The position numbers and the translations under genes were made by a program. This document shows, piece by piece, positions 24,401 to 29,373 of a stretch of 29,373 nucleotides of DNA. The stretch lies in the NCBI GenBank assembly GCA_007124345.1, contig SLFH01000194.1, positions 1 through 29,373 on the forward strand. Reading direction: 5' to 3'. This DNA is from Phycisphaerales bacterium. GTDB taxonomy: Bacteria; Planctomycetota; Phycisphaerae; Phycisphaerales; UBA1924. Each line of letters begins with the position of its first letter. The first letter of the stretch is position 1. The notes under the pieces were generated by a model. It was given only the letters and a program-made list of their open reading frames with translations. It had not been told where the DNA came from and did not search any database.

Positions 24401-27334
24401 ATGACCCATCGCCGCGATCGGAGATCCGCCGGCCGGGAGGCTGGCAAGCACCGGCCCGCACCGCCCCGAAGGCGTCTGACACGCCGGGGCGTTGTCTCCG
24501 TGCTTTCCATGATGTTCCTCGTGCTCTTCGGCTCGCTCGTCGCAGCCATGGCCGTCGCCAGCCAGGGCAACACACGGGCCGCGGGCACCCACCTGCATGT
24601 CATGCGCGCCATGGGTGCAGCAGAGACCGGGCTGGCCATCGGCGCCCAACGACTCACCGAAGCCGCACAACGCTTCGTCGTCAGCTCCAGCGAAATGGAC
24701 GCGGACAATGTCTGGAAGCTCTGGACCGGAAACACCAGCGGGCTCGGCAACATCGAGATCCTCCCGCCCCCCAGCGGCCACCCCGAGGCCGCGAGCCCCT
24801 CCGGCGTCGCCGAGGCGATCGCGCTCATCCACGCCGCCGACCAGAACATTATCCTCCACGACGGCGTCTCCGCTCCCGTCATCACCTCCGCACCCGCAGG
24901 CACCGACCCCGCAGAGTTCAAGCTCGACGGCTGGGTCGTCACCCCCGTCATCGGCCTCGACCAAGTCACCTACACCAACGGCGAGCCCAGAACCGCAGGT
25001 TTTCAGATCATCTACGCGCCCCGCGCCAACGGCACCGATGTCCGCGTCATCTCGATCGGCTACGACTTCGGCTACCGGCGCCAGGGCCAGGCCCTCACCC
25101 GCGTCGTCTCCAAGGACTACCGAATCACCAAGCAGGTCCGCCACGCGATCGTCAGCCCGAACCGCGTGATGATCGGCAAGAATGTCAGCGTCACCGGAGA
25201 CCTCGGCATCTGGTTCGACGACATCAACTTCCCCAACGCCCAGCCCCTGCTCATGAAGAGCGACTTCTACGGCCTCGACCCCGTCCTCGACCAGAAGCTC
25301 GACGACTTCTACGAGGGCGTCGCCGAGTACGATGTCGACGGCGACAACAGACTCCGCGTCGCACACCCCATCGAACGCCTCGGCATCCCCGACAAGCACG
25401 GCGGCGACTACGGCGGCTCACCAGATCACAGCCCCTTCGCAGACGCCACCGGCGACGGCTATGTCGATGAGTTCGACATCTTCATCAACCACTTCGACCA
25501 GAACAACGACGGCATGGTCGCTCTCTCCGACCTCCTCCGCGCAGCCACGCCCAACGCCCACCTCTCGGCGGAGTTCGTCGCCGCCGACGGGTCGGAGATC
25601 GACAAAGACCTCGCCATCCTCATCGATTCGTTCAACCCAGACCGAAACCGCAACGGCGTCTGGGGATTCGACGACCTCGCCAACACCGGTTGGTGGGACC
25701 CCGTCAACGAACCCCACTTCGACACCGCCTCCGACGGCACCGTCAGAGACCAGGTCCTCGGCTATCGCGACGGCGTCCTCGACCGCCTCGACCGCTACGT
25801 CAAGCTCCAGGGATCCGTCAAGATCGGCGTCACACAGGCCCAGTGGAACAACGAGCACGGCGACTGGCGCAACTCGATCCGGGGCGCCATCCGCCCGGCC
25901 CCCGGCAACCCGCCGCTGGTCTTCGCCGCCGGCGAAGAAGAACTCCCCCGCGTCGACGCCGACACCTTCATCGACTCCGAGGACGGCCTGAAGGCCCAGG
26001 CCAACGGCCCGGACTTCTGGGAGCAGGTCGCCGACAACCTCGGCGTCTCCGTCGCAGACCTCGAGACCTATGTCGAGACCAAACCCCAGGGCTCCGCCTC
26101 GCCCCGCTACATCAGGCTCGACCCGGACACCACCGAAGACGGCCTGCCCGACAACTACATGGACGCCTACTTCGAGAAGATGCCCTTCAACGCCCCGGTC
26201 TTCGTCGACTGGTACTACCGCCCCGTCTTCGAGAACATGGTCTTCCGCAACACGCAGATCCCCAAGGGCCTCAACGCCCTCTTCGTGAACTGCGAGTTCA
26301 TCGGCGTCACCTGGGTCCGCACCCACACCAACAACACCCACCCGCACTGGTCGCTCTACGGACGCATGGGATTCGACAACGGCATCGGCAGGCCAGCCCC
26401 GGCCTTCAACCGCGATATCTACGGCTCCAATCCCGGCGAGACCGCCGACGACGCGCCGCCCATGCTCCCTCCGACCGCCGTCCCGCCCGAGGAGAACATC
26501 CTCCTCGCACGCCCAGCCCTCGACAAGGGCGACATCCTCCAGTCCGAGATCGCCTCCTACGCGCCCAGCGAGTACGACAGGCTCCCAGAGCCTCTCCTCA
26601 TCGACGGCAAGCGCTTCGTCGACACCAAGAAGCTCTCCAACAACCTCCGCTTCCACGACTGCCTCTTCGTCGGCTCGATCGTCAGCGACAAGCCGCAGGC
26701 ATTCACCCATGTCCGCAACAAGATCCAGTTCACCGGCAAGACCCGCTTCGCCAACGAGCACCCCGACCACCCCGGCGACCCCGACTTCAACCCCACAGTC
26801 CAAGCCCTGCAGGAGATCGTCAAGAGCTCGATGATGCTCCCGCACTACTCCGTCGATGTGGGCACCTTCAACAGCCCGCCCGAGCAGAATGTCCAGCTCA
26901 GAGGCGTCATCGTCGCGGGCATCCTCGATGTCAGGGGCAACGCAAACATCGAGGGCGCAATCCTCCTCACATTCCAGCCCCGCTACGGCGAGCCCCCCCT
27001 CGTCGATGTCTTCGGAAACCCCATCGGCAACCCCGGACTCTTCAACTGCACCATCGGTTACTTCGGACCCGAGGACGGCGACGAGGAATCCATCGACCCC
27101 CGCACACTCCCCAAGGTCGGCGGCGTCAAAATCGTCGGCTACGACACCACAGGCGACGGCCTCGCCGATGTCGGCCCCTTCGACGATCAGCCCGCCGGAT
27201 CCACGCCCGTCCCCTTCCACGGCTACGGACGCATCACCATCCGCTTCGATCCGCTCATGAGCATGCCCAACGGCATCATGCTCCCCCTCAGCGTCCGGCC
27301 GATCCCGCTCAGCTATAGGGAGGGCTCGCAGTGA
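24401..27334 (+). CDS. Very large PilX/GspK-type minor pilin with a ~900-aa Ca-binding, adhesin-like C-terminal region
   Basis: RRG|VVSVL cleavage site without E5 (PilX/GspK hallmark); RAMGAAETGL PilX-N motif; multiple Dx(D/N/G)xDG-like loops. Start is ATG 24401 (GGAG SD) or GTG 24374. Confidence 0.8.
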   Translation: MTHRRDRRSAGREAGKHRPAPPRRRLTRRGVVSVLSMMFLVLFGSLVAAMAVASQGNTRAAGTHLHVMRAMGAAETGLAIGAQRLTEAAQRFVVSSSEMDADNVWKLWTGNTSGLGNIEILPPPSGHPEAASPSGVAEAIALIHAADQNIILHDGVSAPVITSAPAGTDPAEFKLDGWVVTPVIGLDQVTYTNGEPRTAGFQIIYAPRANGTDVRVISIGYDFGYRRQGQALTRVVSKDYRITKQVRHAIVSPNRVMIGKNVSVTGDLGIWFDDINFPNAQPLLMKSDFYGLDPVLDQKLDDFYEGVAEYDVDGDNRLRVAHPIERLGIPDKHGGDYGGSPDHSPFADATGDGYVDEFDIFINHFDQNNDGMVALSDLLRAATPNAHLSAEFVAADGSEIDKDLAILIDSFNPDRNRNGVWGFDDLANTGWWDPVNEPHFDTASDGTVRDQVLGYRDGVLDRLDRYVKLQGSVKIGVTQAQWNNEHGDWRNSIRGAIRPAPGNPPLVFAAGEEELPRVDADTFIDSEDGLKAQANGPDFWEQVADNLGVSVADLETYVETKPQGSASPRYIRLDPDTTEDGLPDNYMDAYFEKMPFNAPVFVDWYYRPVFENMVFRNTQIPKGLNALFVNCEFIGVTWVRTHTNNTHPHWSLYGRMGFDNGIGRPAPAFNRDIYGSNPGETADDAPPMLPPTAVPPEENILLARPALDKGDILQSEIASYAPSEYDRLPEPLLIDGKRFVDTKKLSNNLRFHDCLFVGSIVSDKPQAFTHVRNKIQFTGKTRFANEHPDHPGDPDFNPTVQALQEIVKSSMMLPHYSVDVGTFNSPPEQNVQLRGVIVAGILDVRGNANIEGAILLTFQPRYGEPPLVDVFGNPIGNPGLFNCTIGYFGPEDGDEESIDPRTLPKVGGVKIVGYDTTGDGLADVGPFDDQPAGSTPVPFHGYGRITIRFDPLMSMPNGIMLPLSVRPIPLSYREGSQ

Positions 27335-27945
27335 ATCACCGCCAACGCAGCCGCAGAACCACGCGCAGAGGCTTCAGCCTCATCGAGATGCTCGTCGCGC
27401 TCACCATCAGCGCCACACTGCTGACCGCGACCATGGTCGCCCTCGACACGAGCTTCAGAAGCTACAAAGTCACCTCCGAATCCGTCTCCACCCATGTTGT
27501 CGGGCGTCTGGTCATGCAGCGCCTGACCGCCCTCATCCGCACCGGCGAAAACTTCGGCCCCTTCCCAGTCAACCCGATCATCGACCCGCGCATCGAGTCG
27601 ACCGCCATCGAGTTCGAACTCATCCCAGACCCCTTCAGCAATGTGCGCCAGGTCTGGCGAATCGAACGCGTCGAAGCGCCCGGCCCCACCGGCCCCTTCG
27701 AACTCCAAGCCACCGTCGAGCAGTACGAGGGATCGACCCTCGTCGAGACCAGCACGCGCACGCTCGTGCGCCGCGTCGAGGACGCCATGTTCACCCTCGA
27801 ATACGATGTCGGCCCCCGCCTCACCCGCGCCACAATCGACCTGACCCTCCGCCCCGACGACACGCAGGCCGACAGCATGGTCGGCGAGCTCCGCGCCCCC
27901 TTCGTCCGCCTCGTCACCAGCATCGCCCCCCGACGCCTCGACTGA
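27331..27945 (+). CDS. Prepilin / minor pilin (PilW/GspJ-like)
   Basis: GTG start overlaps the upstream stop (GTGA); RRG|FSLIEMLVAL class III signal with E5. Confidence 0.87.
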   Translation: MNHRQRSRRTTRRGFSLIEMLVALTISATLLTATMVALDTSFRSYKVTSESVSTHVVGRLVMQRLTALIRTGENFGPFPVNPIIDPRIESTAIEFELIPDPFSNVRQVWRIERVEAPGPTGPFELQATVEQYEGSTLVETSTRTLVRRVEDAMFTLEYDVGPRLTRATIDLTLRPDDTQADSMVGELRAPFVRLVTSIAPRRLD

Positions 27946-27968
27946 CGCCTGGACTGACCGGCGGCCTG

Positions 27969-28940
27969 TCATTCAGCGTGATCGCGCAGCCCGCCGAGCG
28001 CCTCGGGCAGCAGGTCCGCCAGTTCGCGCGCCAGCAGCCCGCTCTCGACACCGCTGCGATCGGCCCAGAGCTCGCCCGCGACCGCGTGCGCCTGCACGCC
28101 GAGCCGCGCGACATCGAATAGGTCCAGCGGGCGCAAAGGATCGGCCGGCATCTTGGCCCGGATGTGCTCGGGCAGGCCGGGCATCGGCGGCGGCTGCAGG
28201 TACTGGCCCGCCAGTGCGGCGATCAGCCCCGTCAGCACATCGCCCGTGCCCGCCGTCGCCAAACACGGGTGCCCACGGTCGCAGACCCAGGTCCGCACCC
28301 CGTCGCTGACAACCGTCCCGAGCCCCTTGAGCACCACGACGCACCCCAGCCGCTGCGCCAGGCGTTCGGCCGCTTCGCTTCGCGAAGCGCCGTCCTCGGG
28401 CTTGACCCCGAGCCGCAACGCCGAGGCGAGGCGAGAGAACTCGCCGGGGTGGGGGGTCAGCACCGCGCGGGCCCTGAAGTCCCGGTGCAGCTCGGGCACC
28501 AGCGCCAGACAGTTGATCGCGTCGGCGTCGACGATCACCGGCGCGTGCTCCTGCTGCACCGCTCGGAGGCAGAGCGCGATCGCACCGATGTCGGTCCCCA
28601 GCCCCGGCCCGACCGCGATCGCGTCGCAGGTCTCGACGATCTCGTCAAACAGCTCGGCGGTTTCATGCGGGATCAGCGAGCCCGTGCCGTCGGTCGGCAG
28701 GGGCACGCCAGTGGCGGAGGGCTCGATCTGCACCGCCCCGGGCAGCACCGGCGAGGGCGCACAGATCCTGACCAGCCCCGCCCCGGCCCTGAAAGCGCCG
28801 CGGGCGACGAGCGCCGGCGCGCCGGGCATCCAGGCCTCGCCGCAGCGTCCGCCAAAGACCGCCACGCGCCCCGCGTCCCCCTTGTGCGCGTCGGGCGAGC
28901 GGGCGGGCAAGCGGGGGAGTTCGAGCGATTCAGCGTCCAC
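27969..28940 (-). CDS. nnrD: ADP/ATP-dependent NAD(P)H-hydrate dehydratase (YjeF C-terminal domain only)
   Basis: Motifs AHKGDAGRV, GAPAL..RGAFRAGAGLV, AVGPGLGT, VDADAIN, VLTPHPGEFSRL, VVVLKG, LATAGTGDVLTG. Start placed at GTG 28940. Confidence 0.9.
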   Translation of the reverse strand: MDAESLELPRLPARSPDAHKGDAGRVAVFGGRCGEAWMPGAPALVARGAFRAGAGLVRICAPSPVLPGAVQIEPSATGVPLPTDGTGSLIPHETAELFDEIVETCDAIAVGPGLGTDIGAIALCLRAVQQEHAPVIVDADAINCLALVPELHRDFRARAVLTPHPGEFSRLASALRLGVKPEDGASRSEAAERLAQRLGCVVVLKGLGTVVSDGVRTWVCDRGHPCLATAGTGDVLTGLIAALAGQYLQPPPMPGLPEHIRAKMPADPLRPLDLFDVARLGVQAHAVAGELWADRSGVESGLLARELADLLPEALGGLRDHAE

Positions 28941-29373
28941 GGTTCGCGTGCTCCACTCGTTCGACCACGATCTCAAGGCGGCCCATCAGAGGCACCAGCG
29001 CAACCATCGAGTTGGTCGGTTCGTCGTCGCGCAGGGTCGAGGTCGCCAGCGCGATGTGCGTGGCGTCGAAGATCGACCGCTCCGGCAGCGCCGGGTCGAG
29101 GTCCAGCCATCGCCGCTCGCCATCGATCTCGACTGCCGCCTGCACCCACATGTGGAACCCGAAGATGTCGTCAGAACCCGCGAAGCTGTCGGCGTAGATC
29201 AGCCCGCTGACGACCCGCGACGGCACCCCGTCCAGCCGCAAGAGCGCCGCCAGCAGCGCCGAGTGCTCCGTGCAGTCCCCGTGGCGCGTCCGCGCGACCT
29301 CAGAGGCCGTCGCAAAGCCGACACCCAGCGACTTGTCGGTGATGTAGCGGTAGACAAACCGGCGGAGCGCCTC
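28930..29373 (-). CDS. Transglutaminase-like domain protein (C-terminal part; the gene starts beyond the right edge)
   Basis: The frame is open to the window end: ...TASEVARTRHGDCTEHSALLAALLRLDGVPSRVVSGLIY...FGFHMWVQA...WLDLDPA, giving a Cys-His-Asp triad. Confidence 0.88.
   Translation of the reverse strand, partial: EALRRFVYRYITDKSLGVGFATASEVARTRHGDCTEHSALLAALLRLDGVPSRVVSGLIYADSFAGSDDIFGFHMWVQAAVEIDGERRWLDLDPALPERSIFDATHIALATSTLRDDEPTNSMVALVPLMGRLEIVVERVEHANRGR

Noticed and set aside
1-29373. Recurrent GCGATCGC (HIP1-like) octamers
   Set aside because: Explained by frequent Ala-Ile-Ala codons at high GC; no enrichment can be shown without a computed background.
1-29373. CRISPR arrays, tRNA/rRNA, prophage, integrase or defence genes
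   Set aside because: No regularly spaced repeats, cloverleaf or rRNA signatures, or mobile/defence protein motifs were recognised; intergenic gaps are all under about 260 nt.

Overview
High-GC bacterial chromosomal segment, roughly 70% GC by eye. The gene repertoire suggests Planctomycetota/Phycisphaerae (inference). I support 24 CDS, two of them truncated at the window edges. Housekeeping and metabolic genes: rdgB, PfkB kinase, ALDH7-type dehydrogenase, rpiA, icd, sua5, fahA, purL, rnhA, nnrD. Envelope and signalling genes: TolC lipoprotein, tandem-SH3 protein, FIST protein, two bactofilins. There is also a type IV filament cluster: pilT, pilC and three prepilins. No rRNA, tRNA, CRISPR array, integrase or transposase was recognised. 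Most extra long ORFs in the six-frame track are GC-driven antisense or off-frame shadows. Best leads: (1) a ~977-aa PilX-type minor pilin with many DxDxDG-like Ca-binding loops in a cluster lacking PilB and PilY1; (2) a bactofilin pair, one carrying an N-terminal Zn ribbon; (3) an uncharacterised 311-aa enzyme-like gene upstream of fahA, separated from it by a GTAG-type REP doublet; (4) strong window-wide ACGT depletion with an excess of NAT-GTN codon pairs, suggesting an ACGT methylation/restriction footprint; (5) a mirror-symmetric, possibly leaderless divergent promoter between purL and rnhA. All family assignments come from motif recognition; no database search was run.
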